DNA of 64,000 nucleotides from an uncultured virus (IMG/VR IMGVR_UViG_2811995091_000109) (IMGVR_UViG_2811995091_000109:1-64000); one strand, 5' to 3'. Shown: positions 18,551 to 27,770, counted from the stretch's first letter. The notes: generated by a model from the letters alone, not told the origin. A program made the numbers and translations.

Positions 18551-19369
18551 TTAAAAATCTAATGTTTTTAACTTATACTCAGATAAATTAATTACATCAT
18601 CTAAATACTTATTAACGAGCCTTCTTTTAATAAGTTCTTCTTTAAAAACGCCAGACATAGGCACTGTTGGTAACAAATTCATTTCTTCTAAATAATACAT
18701 GGTTACATCAGGGTCATTATTTATAGCTTCTCCTATAATTGATGTCATGAAAGCTTCTTTTAAAATCCATTTGTTTTCTCCGGTAAATTTGTCTCTATTG
18801 TTTTTTACATAATCAATAATTTCACTATCTATCTTAAACCCAAAACGAGCAGCGAAACTAATCGCTCTATAAATACGTCTGAAATCATTATTTAAAGTTA
18901 TTCGGGCAGGAACCGGGGTTCTTAATATTTTATTATCTAAATCTTCTTTTCCCCTGTTTGTAAAGTCAAGAATTTCATCATCATAAAATCGCTTATGTAA
19001 AGTATTTATTGTAAAATCTCTACTATAAACTTCAAATAATTTTTCATCTTTAATATTTAATTCTTTTGTTATATAATCAACAGCTTCTTCGGATATAAAA
19101 TTACTCGAAAAATCAAGAATCATATTTTTTATATATATAGAAACGTGACCATCTTTTTGAAAAAATTTAAATCTTTCTCTAAGTTCATCAGCAGTAGTTA
19201 TAGCCAATCTCGTTATATCAGAATCATTTGTGGTTATATCTATATCTCTAGGGTCTTCATTTGAATTAAGATATAAGCTCCTAGGAATGCCTCCAACTAT
19301 GTATGGCTCAACTATATAATTATCTTTACATATCTCTAATATTTTTGAATATATATTTTCAAGATTCAT
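18551..19369 (-). CDS. Class II tRNA nucleotidyltransferase / poly(A) polymerase family protein (head+neck only, divergent motifs)
   Basis: YIVGGIPR...DID, SRDFTIN, GKEDLDNKILRT, DFRRIYRAISFAARFGFKID. Start moved to ATG 19369 (RBS AAGAGG). Confidence 0.85.
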   Translation of the reverse strand: MNLENIYSKILEICKDNYIVEPYIVGGIPRSLYLNSNEDPRDIDITTNDSDITRLAITTADELRERFKFFQKDGHVSIYIKNMILDFSSNFISEEAVDYITKELNIKDEKLFEVYSRDFTINTLHKRFYDDEILDFTNRGKEDLDNKILRTPVPARITLNNDFRRIYRAISFAARFGFKIDSEIIDYVKNNRDKFTGENKWILKEAFMTSIIGEAINNDPDVTMYYLEEMNLLPTVPMSGVFKEELIKRRLVNKYLDDVINLSEYKLKTLDF

Positions 19370-19393
19370 TTGAGCCTCTTTGAACAAAGTTAT

Positions 19394-20986
19394 TTACTCT
19401 GGAAGTTCTGGTGCGACTAGTTCTTCTTCTCCAACTTCTTGCTCAGGCGCTGGGACGACCTCTTCGGCTGGCTCTACCTCTTCTGTAGCTCCTGGGATAC
19501 CTGTTTGAGCCTTTACCAGGGTCTTCGCATTAGCAAGCTGTCCCATCATTTTTGTAACTCTGGTAAGGGCATATGAGTATGCATCAATCAATTTGCTTTG
19601 AGACTCTGCAAGCTCTGGAAACATAGAGGCTATGCCTAATTTATCAAGCATTATATCAAACTCAGCCAATTGTCTAATGATTCTTCTGTCTGCAAGCATG
19701 CCAGCTACTTCATCTAGCTTCGTAGCTGCATCATCAAGATTTATATCTCCAGCAAGCTCTTCATATTCTCCTGGCCTTGCTCCTGGAATTGGTTTAATAC
19801 TCTCAAGTGCAGCAGGCTCCACAGTATCAGACTTTGGAATTCCGCTAGTAGGGCTGGGCTCTTCCACCTCTGGCTCTGCTACTTCTTCCAAGGGCGCTTC
19901 AGCCTGCATAGCTCCCTCCTCTACTCCGGCAATAGGGGCTGCTGGAGCAACATTCTCTTCTCTTTCAAGCCTTGGATCAGGCCCTTGGTTCAAAGGCGGT
20001 TGTTCGGGAACCTCTTGAGCTATCTTTTTTAGAATTTCTGCGCCTTCTGTGTGGCCCAGCTTGGTAAATTTATTTGCAGCCTTATAGGTTACATCAGTTA
20101 TGGTATTTGCCAACTTTAATGTATGAACCTGCAGGCTAAGATTCATAAGGTTTTCTGCAAGATTTCTATATGTATCTGAATCCATATACCTATCTGTTCT
20201 TAAAAGCTTGTCTATACGTCTAATTGCAGTATGAAGCTTTCCTTTCCAATTACTAAAGACATCTTTATCCTCAACAGCTTTATTAGCATTTGATGATACA
20301 TGATCAAAAAGATGCTGATCAAGACTGTCTCCAGGCATATTATATCCCGTGTTTTCTCCTAGGTATGCGCTACCTCCTCCGGAATAATAAGGACTATTAC
20401 CTTGTCCCATATCGCTAATGTAAACAGCTTTCTTTTTCATATCTTCATCCTCTTTTGAGCTATATTTTAAGTGTTCTCCATCACTATAATATTTAAACCA
20501 TTTTTTAAACTTTTCATCTTCATCTTCTTCTATATTTAAAAAATTACTATAATAATCTAAAGCATTTTGTTTTGTCATCTCTTTGTTTGCAACAGAATCA
20601 TAAATTAAATGAACAACCTTTAACCAATTATTAACATTAAACTCATTTTCAATATCATCTCTGTATCCAAATGTATTGGGATAAGCAACTTTTTTAATAT
20701 TATTTTTTTGAGCTTTCATTCTAACTATATTATAATAAGCATCATTTATGTTGTTTATCTTAAGGTTTAATAATTCTTTATTTTCTTCGAAAGAAAGTTT
20801 TGCCCCGATGCTTTTTGCTGCTGATTTTAAAATAAAATATTTTTTAAATTTTTCATCACTATCAATGCCCACGCCTGATAAATCAATAGATTTTTTCATA
20901 AGCTGATCGAACGTGTGCGTCTTTGCGCTCACTGGCAAGCGGGACAATTTCTTTGTAAAATAATTATTTATCTTATCTTTGCTCAT
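19394..20986 (-). CDS. Hypothetical head-associated protein
   Basis: 530 aa; many K-x-A motifs, Pro/Glu-rich linker, helical C-terminal domain RRIIRQLAEFDIMLDKLG. Confidence 0.65.
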   Translation of the reverse strand: MSKDKINNYFTKKLSRLPVSAKTHTFDQLMKKSIDLSGVGIDSDEKFKKYFILKSAAKSIGAKLSFEENKELLNLKINNINDAYYNIVRMKAQKNNIKKVAYPNTFGYRDDIENEFNVNNWLKVVHLIYDSVANKEMTKQNALDYYSNFLNIEEDEDEKFKKWFKYYSDGEHLKYSSKEDEDMKKKAVYISDMGQGNSPYYSGGGSAYLGENTGYNMPGDSLDQHLFDHVSSNANKAVEDKDVFSNWKGKLHTAIRRIDKLLRTDRYMDSDTYRNLAENLMNLSLQVHTLKLANTITDVTYKAANKFTKLGHTEGAEILKKIAQEVPEQPPLNQGPDPRLEREENVAPAAPIAGVEEGAMQAEAPLEEVAEPEVEEPSPTSGIPKSDTVEPAALESIKPIPGARPGEYEELAGDINLDDAATKLDEVAGMLADRRIIRQLAEFDIMLDKLGIASMFPELAESQSKLIDAYSYALTRVTKMMGQLANAKTLVKAQTGIPGATEEVEPAEEVVPAPEQEVGEEELVAPELPE

Positions 20987-21258
20987 ACGGGTTCTTTTCT
21001 TCTATATTTTCTCAAACTTTTTTCTTCCGGACCAAGTATTCCTCTTATTTCTGTATCCCATTCATTTCGAACCTCTCCATCTATTTCAGAAAGTTTTGGA
21101 ATAATATATTCTGTTAAAAAAGTCCTTATATCTTTATCAGAAACATCTTTTTTTTCATGATATAAACTTAAGTTTTTTACAAGCCAATCTCTGAAAGAAA
21201 TATCACTATTTAAATCTTCAAGATTAAGAATCGCATGCACTCGTCCATCAATTAACAT
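20983..21258 (-). CDS. Hypothetical protein
   Basis: 91 aa, RBS GAGG, overlaps both neighbours. Confidence 0.55.
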   Translation of the reverse strand: MLIDGRVHAILNLEDLNSDISFRDWLVKNLSLYHEKKDVSDKDIRTFLTEYIIPKLSEIDGEVRNEWDTEIRGILGPEEKSLRKYRRKEPV

Positions 21259-21934
21259 CTATTACCTCTCCCTGAATATGACCTATGTTTTCTCCATTTA
21301 ATTGTTTCGTCTTTATGTCAAGCTTATCTACAAAAATCGGAATAAGATTTGGACTTAATTCTTGCAACACTTCCAAAACAGCCTCCTTCAAAACTCTTGC
21401 CTGTTCATTTACTACACTAATATTAATATTATGTTCAATCTTTTTATCTGCAACACCTTCAATATACTTCTTCCAGTCTTGCATTAGCGTCTTCATAGTA
21501 TTTATATATTCAATGAAAATCTTATCCTCCCTAAGAGAGCCTCCCTCTTGTAACAGATTATAATAGTATTCTATTCTTGAATTTATAAGACTATCTAGCT
21601 CAAGGAGTCTTTTTGCAACATCTAATTCGGATGTTGCAATCTCTTCAATCTTCTGCTGATATGAAGAAGAAGCCTTTATGATCATGCGAGCCTCTGCCTC
21701 TGTGGCTTCTTTGTCTATTTCGCCTCTTCTGTTCTTGATGTCATCTAAAACTTCACCCTTTAGATTTAAGTGTTCCCCTCTAAATTTTTGCAAGGTCATA
21801 TAGGAAATATGAAGGCGTCTAGTTCTTGGATATTTCTCCTTAAGCCAACGCTCAACCTCTTTAACGGAGTCGCCCTCTAATAGCTTTTTTATAACCTCTT
21901 CTTTGTCTGGATGATTTAAAATTTTCTTACTCAT
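21248..21934 (-). CDS. HTH + coiled-coil protein, candidate terminase small subunit
   Basis: N-terminal HTH-like segment (EVIKKLLEGDSVKEVERWL), helical middle, IEHNINI beta tail; upstream of TerL in the same block. Confidence 0.4.
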   Translation of the reverse strand: MSKKILNHPDKEEVIKKLLEGDSVKEVERWLKEKYPRTRRLHISYMTLQKFRGEHLNLKGEVLDDIKNRRGEIDKEATEAEARMIIKASSSYQQKIEEIATSELDVAKRLLELDSLINSRIEYYYNLLQEGGSLREDKIFIEYINTMKTLMQDWKKYIEGVADKKIEHNINISVVNEQARVLKEAVLEVLQELSPNLIPIFVDKLDIKTKQLNGENIGHIQGEVIDVN

Positions 21935-21949
21935 ATTTACCTCTAAAAT

Positions 21950-21983
21950 AAAAAGTCCTAGCCTTATATTACTAAGCTAGGAC
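21950..21983 (-). terminator. Rho-independent terminator
   Basis: GTCCTAGC...GCTAGGAC stem followed by a U-tract on the minus strand. Confidence 0.7.
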
Positions 21984-22028
21984 ATTAATATTTAATTTAG
22001 TTAAGTTTAGACTAAGACAAGCAAAAAA

Positions 22029-22868
22029 CTATTTTCCCTTTACTAATCGGTCTAAATAATCAGCCTCTTTAATAAGACCAATTTTATCTAAATGATTAGA
22101 TAAAGTCATCAAGTCATGTGCAAAGTCTTGATTGAGAGGATCAGGATCAAGCTCCCACTCATCAGCGCCTGAATTGCACCACCAAGAATTGTCCTCCTTC
22201 TGAATAAGGTCTGCTCCGGGAGGACACCCTCCTGGAGGCTCGTCAGAAGCTCCGGGAGATGCTTCTAACTCTGGCTCTGTCCATATAATTCCATGTTCAT
22301 CTACGCTGCCGACATCCATGCTTTCTATATTAACATCTTCTGTATCAGCCCTTTTTAATAAAGCATCTAAATAATTTGCCTCTTTTATAAGGCCTGTTTT
22401 GTCTAAATGATTTGCCAAATGCATCATGCTAGATTGCAACGCAGCACCTCCGCCAGGAAATGTTCTGCCATCTTCTGCTTTGAAGCCATCATTATAATCA
22501 TAAACCTTGTTAGTATAGGGATCTTGAAATACCCCATCAGAAACCCTCATGGCCTGGACTCCTACTCGATCCGGCGAATAACGCGTAGAAAGGTGAGGAG
22601 CCGGAAATTCAGTTGGAACATAAGAATCTTCATGATCTGGAGTTATTCCGTATAGACTATTTGTATCTCTGCCTAAAAGCTCTCCACCCCTAGTTGCTAA
22701 GTATCTATCACGAGTTGCGTATTCTGCCACATTTGATTGAAAATGTTGAAAAGCACCGTGTTGATCTCCGAGGGCTTGCTTTTGAAGTCCTTCGATCTTA
22801 CTTGTTCTGCCTTGCTGTCTTTCAGAGTTTCCCAAAAAACCTTTTATATTTTCAAATCTATTGCTCAT
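22029..22868 (-). CDS. Head-associated protein with two L[AS]NHLDK.GLIKEA.YLD modules
   Basis: 279 aa; HLSTRYSPDRVG domain plus a duplicated helical module. Confidence 0.65.
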   Translation of the reverse strand: MSNRFENIKGFLGNSERQQGRTSKIEGLQKQALGDQHGAFQHFQSNVAEYATRDRYLATRGGELLGRDTNSLYGITPDHEDSYVPTEFPAPHLSTRYSPDRVGVQAMRVSDGVFQDPYTNKVYDYNDGFKAEDGRTFPGGGAALQSSMMHLANHLDKTGLIKEANYLDALLKRADTEDVNIESMDVGSVDEHGIIWTEPELEASPGASDEPPGGCPPGADLIQKEDNSWWCNSGADEWELDPDPLNQDFAHDLMTLSNHLDKIGLIKEADYLDRLVKGK

Positions 22869-22878
22869 ATTAAATTCC

Positions 22879-24438
22879 TTATGATATTGTAACTCTTGAG
22901 GATGATATCATTGCTCCAAGGTTATCAAGGCTATTCTTTTGAGCATTTCTATGCATCGGAAAGGGTCTGCCTTTTTCATCAAAATCTACCTTGCTAACAG
23001 GAAGGCCTAATTTTGGACAATAAGGCTGTACAGAAGATGGAACCCTGATTAGATCTCCATTCTCTAGAGCTTTCTTTATCATAGCCTCTCTCTCTGTTCC
23101 GCTTGAAGAATGCTTTAAAAGCTTTGTAAACTTATCGAGTGCAGCTAGATATTGTGTTCCATCAAATTTTTCATTAATGGTGTTTAAAGCGTCTTCTGCT
23201 TGTCTGTAGTCCGTTCTAGATACACCGTCTATCATTCTGTCAATAAGCTGGCCATATGAAAGCCTTGACATTTCAACAACTTCTCTTGAAACCTTGTTTA
23301 GATCGTCAATATGATCGGCAGCCTTCAAAATAACTCTAAGACCAGCCTCATTCAGTCTATAGCTAGTGCCATTGACCAAGAAATTATTAGGAATAACGGG
23401 CCGGCCATTTGGCATGTCAACAGGAATATTGACCTCAACTCTTCCGCGAGGAGTTGGGATATCTGCAGCAAAAGTGAGAATCTTATTTGTCGATCCGCAC
23501 ACACGCACCTGCGGATTTGGAACTCCAAGGCCGGCAAGCTCTGCTACCACGACACTAGACGCAACCTTTATCTGCTCTCTGTTAAAAGATGCCATAGAGG
23601 CTACTAGATCGTTCTCTAAATCTGCAAATTTTTCCAAACTAGCAGGAACAACTGGAGTGTCAACCTTGAAGTCTCTAATGCTCCTCTGTTCTGCAAACTT
23701 ACTTGCTGCCGTTTTCTTTATAAAATTATCCTTGTCCTTTATAAAGACATAAACATTTTCTTTGTTTAACTTAACAAGGTTGTCGCCTTGAATAAAATGT
23801 TTTGGAAGGGATGGAATTCCGTTTGTCACCTGGACTGGAATTGGTATATTTACTTGTGTAAAACTAGATGTATCAACGGAAGCACTACAAAGAATAAAAT
23901 GATCATTTGATCGAATAGCCTTTACCTCTTGTGGAACACATCCTACTGAAATCAATTGTAATCTTGCAAACTTTTCAGCCTTTTTAACAGAATCATTAGA
24001 AAGAGCAGAGAAAGAAGCCTGCTTGTCTAAAGAGAAAACTCCGGCCAATTCTTTGGAGAGTTCATTTTCTTCAAACAAAGGAGAGATCTTTTCTTCGTAA
24101 GGAATTCTGGCACTTGCCGCGCCTTTCTCTTCCAATTTTAAAATTGCATGCTTATCAAGAAGTAAGTCTCCAAGTTCTTTTCTGAAATTAGACCTTCCTC
24201 CGGATAGCCCATAAAGGTGATCATAAATTTCAACCATTTCTTTTTGGGTAATATACTGTTGCTTACTAACCTTGCTCGCGACCACATCGCGAGCATGACA
24301 GATTAATATATCTCTAGAGTTGTTGGTGGCAGCATTATTCAGACGATTAAAAACATATTTGGTTGTAAATGTTTTTCCATTCTCTATTTTGTCTAGAGCC
24401 TTTTTTGCTTGAGCTACAATATGTTTTATTTCATTCAT
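22879..24438 (-). CDS. Hypothetical (probably virion) protein with internal duplication
   Basis: 519 aa; repeated VNIP[IV]..(T/P)NG.P.[LI]P..F motif; many K-x-A motifs. Confidence 0.65.
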   Translation of the reverse strand: MNEIKHIVAQAKKALDKIENGKTFTTKYVFNRLNNAATNNSRDILICHARDVVASKVSKQQYITQKEMVEIYDHLYGLSGGRSNFRKELGDLLLDKHAILKLEEKGAASARIPYEEKISPLFEENELSKELAGVFSLDKQASFSALSNDSVKKAEKFARLQLISVGCVPQEVKAIRSNDHFILCSASVDTSSFTQVNIPIPVQVTNGIPSLPKHFIQGDNLVKLNKENVYVFIKDKDNFIKKTAASKFAEQRSIRDFKVDTPVVPASLEKFADLENDLVASMASFNREQIKVASSVVVAELAGLGVPNPQVRVCGSTNKILTFAADIPTPRGRVEVNIPVDMPNGRPVIPNNFLVNGTSYRLNEAGLRVILKAADHIDDLNKVSREVVEMSRLSYGQLIDRMIDGVSRTDYRQAEDALNTINEKFDGTQYLAALDKFTKLLKHSSSGTEREAMIKKALENGDLIRVPSSVQPYCPKLGLPVSKVDFDEKGRPFPMHRNAQKNSLDNLGAMISSSRVTIS

Positions 24439-24452
24439 TATTCATTCCTCAT

Positions 24453-24929
24453 CTAATTAGATTTTAATATTTCTGGAAAAAGATTCTTGATAACCTCTGC
24501 TTTTGCAGATGGCTGGCTAGCAACAACCTTTTTGATAAACTCTTTATCTGAACTAACAACTTCTAACAATGCTGATTTAAACGTAAAAATATCATCTCCA
24601 GAAAATCCATATTCGTCTGATGAAAATCCACAAATAGGAACATTTTTATAAGAAAGAGTTACATGATTATAATCATAATTACTAGAAGCGCTCCAATCTC
24701 CACCTTCTTTGGTTTGATATTTTGGATCTGAACTTCTAATTAAAAAGTTTGAGCCATCAATTTCTTCAACTTTCCATAGATCATCATATTGATCGCCCAT
24801 AACTTTATACATATCAAAGGCAACCTTCTTGATCTTCAAGTTTTTAGTTAAAGGAATTTTGTCTTTAACAGAAACATCAGATGATTGGTTTTTAAAAAAA
24901 TTAATCAGAACATCATCTAATTCAGACAT
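24453..24929 (-). CDS. Hypothetical protein, first gene of the head block
   Basis: ATG 24929 preferred on RBS spacing (AAGGAG); IKKVAFD...DDLWKV. Confidence 0.6.
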   Translation of the reverse strand: MSELDDVLINFFKNQSSDVSVKDKIPLTKNLKIKKVAFDMYKVMGDQYDDLWKVEEIDGSNFLIRSSDPKYQTKEGGDWSASSNYDYNHVTLSYKNVPICGFSSDEYGFSGDDIFTFKSALLEVVSSDKEFIKKVVASQPSAKAEVIKNLFPEILKSN

Positions 24930-25045
24930 GAACACTCTCCTTGCTGTAAAATTTATCTTTATTAATAGAAATATATTTTCTTAAACTTATGATAAACACT
25001 GCTAATTATCTATAAATAAAATATTAATAAAAATACTTTTTATAG

Positions 25046-25483
25046 TTACTCAGGATCTCCATAATTAATTTTGGCTATTTCTTCTAAAATTTCATTTATT
25101 CGAGAATGTGTTTTGCATATTTTTTGTAACTTTTTAACGATACCGCCATACCGCTTCTTTTGATTTTTGTAATCTATGTTTCCATGCATGGCTTTATGTA
25201 CAGCAGATTGAGTTATGCCTAAATGATCAGCAATTTCATTTTGAGTCTTTCCCATAAGTCTCATAAACAATATTTTCTTCTGATGCTCAGTTAGATATTC
25301 TCCATTTACTATATCATATATTTCGTCTAATAATTCTTCTTTTAGATCGGCAACCCTTTCGTCGCTAGCATTGTCCATTAAGACCTGACTTATGCCACGT
25401 TCTGTTGAAAAATTATTTAATTTTGCAGACTCAAAAGATATTTCTACAATCTTATATTGATATGATTTGCTTTTTCTGCCCAC
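25046..25483 (-). CDS. Sigma-70 region-4-like HTH protein
   Basis: LTEHQKKILFMRLMGKTQNEIADHLGITQSAVHK; no region 2. Confidence 0.75.
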   Translation of the reverse strand: MGRKSKSYQYKIVEISFESAKLNNFSTERGISQVLMDNASDERVADLKEELLDEIYDIVNGEYLTEHQKKILFMRLMGKTQNEIADHLGITQSAVHKAMHGNIDYKNQKKRYGGIVKKLQKICKTHSRINEILEEIAKINYGDPE

Positions 25484-25488
25484 TTACC

Positions 25489-26247
25489 CTACCATGTCTC
25501 TGGAATTATTTGTTTAAAATCTTTAATAAATGTATCTTTATTATTTTTTGGATCAGAAAAGTATTCATCAACATCTTTGTATGAATCTGGTACCTTGAGA
25601 AATCTTAATTTAATTCCTCGATTTATATATTTAGAATATATTCTTTGTACAGATTTTGTTCCAGCATCATCTGAGTCCAATATAAAAGTTATTCTGTCTG
25701 TATATCTAGCAAGCTTTAAAAAATGCCCTTGAGAAAAGGCAGTTCCACAGATAGCCACAGAATTTGAAAAACCATTCTTTTCCATAGAAAGCTGATCAAA
25801 ATAGCCTTCTACAACGTATGCATTATCTGCTTTTAATATATGTTGTTTTGAAAAATTTAATCCATATAAAATATTAGCTTTTTTATAAGATGAATTTTTA
25901 TATTTTGGAATACCCAAGATACTCCTATCGCTATCGTCAAGCAGCGTTCTACCGCTTATGCCGATTGGCTCATCGTATTCTGAATAAATAGGAAATATTA
26001 TAAAAAAGTAATTAGAAAAATCACTTCCTTTAGAATAATTTAATATATTTAATTTATTTAACAAGTCTTCTGATACGTATTTAGTTAAAATTCCTGGATT
26101 TTGTGGAAAAAATCCTATTTTATTGTTAACAATGGAGTCCTTTGTTAACAAGCGTTCTTTAACTAAATATTGCAAACATTTTTTAGAATTCTTTAAATTG
26201 CTATGACAAATATCTACTAACTTATTTAACTCTTCACTCTGATTCAT
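25489..26247 (-). CDS. dnaG: DnaG-type primase catalytic core (Toprim), lacking the zinc-binding domain
   Basis: IIFPI...SGR, PKYKNS, LYGL, VVEGYFD, CGTAF, LDSDDAG, KDVDE. Confidence 0.9.
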   Translation of the reverse strand: MNQSEELNKLVDICHSNLKNSKKCLQYLVKERLLTKDSIVNNKIGFFPQNPGILTKYVSEDLLNKLNILNYSKGSDFSNYFFIIFPIYSEYDEPIGISGRTLLDDSDRSILGIPKYKNSSYKKANILYGLNFSKQHILKADNAYVVEGYFDQLSMEKNGFSNSVAICGTAFSQGHFLKLARYTDRITFILDSDDAGTKSVQRIYSKYINRGIKLRFLKVPDSYKDVDEYFSDPKNNKDTFIKDFKQIIPETW

Positions 26248-26602
26248 CGGCCTCTACCTTCTCTAATCTATTTTGAGTTTCCTCTATGGCCTTAACCATG
26301 TGTTCTGTTACATTGATTTTGCATCCAACCTGATTATTTGAGCATGCCTTTCCGACCAATACTCCGTTTACAAATTGTGCTTCAACATTTGTGTCACATG
26401 TTTGACACGGAAACATAAATGCCTTTCTATTTTTTGACCTTATAATGTCTCCAGTTGTTTTCATAGAAAGCTTTGCATAAGATGATACTGATTTAAGTAT
26501 ATCTCCACATTCATTGCATACAACTTCATTTGAATCTACGTCTAAAGAACCGTCTGTAAATCCATCGCTGTTTTTACATTTTGGATTACATCTTACAATC
26601 AT
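26234..26602 (-). CDS. Double zinc-ribbon-like protein
   Basis: 122 aa with 8 Cys (CNPKC, CNEC, CQTC, C..C); overlaps the primase start. Confidence 0.6.
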   Translation of the reverse strand: MIVRCNPKCKNSDGFTDGSLDVDSNEVVCNECGDILKSVSSYAKLSMKTTGDIIRSKNRKAFMFPCQTCDTNVEAQFVNGVLVGKACSNNQVGCKINVTEHMVKAIEETQNRLEKVEADESE

Positions 26603-26610
26603 ACTTTCTC

Positions 26611-27759
26611 CTATTCGATAGCATCTATTAATGGGTTGCTTTCTTCTGTTATATCTTCAATATTAGCTACTGGCTCTTCATCTCCTAAATAAATGCTTCT
26701 TATTTTTTGATCATAAGAAGCTACTATAGATGGATCGCTTGAAAAAGTCCTTATAGCATTATCTCTTCCTCTTATCTTTTCATCATTCACAAGATAACTT
26801 TGATTAGTAGGCCTGTGTATAAGTCCATATTTTACAGCTAAATCAAAAATTTCTTCATTAGCATTTACTATTCCTTTTGTATATTTTACCTTATACTCTG
26901 CCTGACGAAAGGGTGCTCCAACTTTATTTTTCTGAATTTTTGCACGAACCGTGTGTCCAATTTTTTCACCAGAATCATTTTTTATTACTGAATCTGAACC
27001 AAATACTGTGCCCATATTTATCATTAAACTGCATGCGTGTTTAAGAGCCTTTCCTCCCGGAGAAGTTGTGGGGTCTCCAAACATCTGGCCTAAGTTTACA
27101 CGAACCTGATTAATGCCAACGAAAGCAACATTAGCTTGGGCAACAACCGGCGTAAGTTTTTTTAGCTCTGTTGATAGAAATCGAGGAATTGGAGCCATAT
27201 TTGCCTTGCCTATATCTGCGGCAATCTCCAAAGGAGTATTCAAAACAGCTATAGAGTCAAGAACTATTATTCCTAAATCTTTAAACCTTGGATCTACACC
27301 TTCTATGATATGATCTAAGATTCCTTTCATTTTCTTTGAAACCTTTTTAGTGTTTGAATTAACACTAGTTATCCCAATAAGCCCTTGAAATATTGCTTTT
27401 GCATCATTAGTCTTTATAACCATAACCCTAGATATGTCAATGCCCTGACTCTTTGCCCACTCTGGATCATAAGTATATTCAGCATCAATAAAAAGAGCTG
27501 TATTTTCAGGATTTTGGTCTAAATAGCTCTTTATACAAGATAAGGCTAACATGGTCTTTCCAGAACTTTCTTGTCCGGCGAGTTGCGTGATTCTGCCCAT
27601 AGGTATTCCGCCTATGCCTATTGCTTCATCCAGCTTTGGACTTCCAGTGCTTATTGCATCATATCTTGTAGATATATTCCCATCAAAGAAGATGGTGTCC
27701 TCTCCAAAAAATTTAATGACTTCTCTTTCAGCCTCGGTGGCTGACATCTTTTTCGACAT
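26611..27759 (-). CDS. recA: RecA recombinase
   Basis: ISTGS..LDEAIGIGGIPMGRI, GQESSGKT, FIDAE, VLDSIA, INQVR, PGGKALKH, KNKVGAPFR. Start moved to ATG 27759 (RBS AGGAG). Confidence 0.95.
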   Translation of the reverse strand: MSKKMSATEAEREVIKFFGEDTIFFDGNISTRYDAISTGSPKLDEAIGIGGIPMGRITQLAGQESSGKTMLALSCIKSYLDQNPENTALFIDAEYTYDPEWAKSQGIDISRVMVIKTNDAKAIFQGLIGITSVNSNTKKVSKKMKGILDHIIEGVDPRFKDLGIIVLDSIAVLNTPLEIAADIGKANMAPIPRFLSTELKKLTPVVAQANVAFVGINQVRVNLGQMFGDPTTSPGGKALKHACSLMINMGTVFGSDSVIKNDSGEKIGHTVRAKIQKNKVGAPFRQAEYKVKYTKGIVNANEEIFDLAVKYGLIHRPTNQSYLVNDEKIRGRDNAIRTFSSDPSIVASYDQKIRSIYLGDEEPVANIEDITEESNPLIDAIE

Positions 27760-27770
27760 ACCTAACTCCT

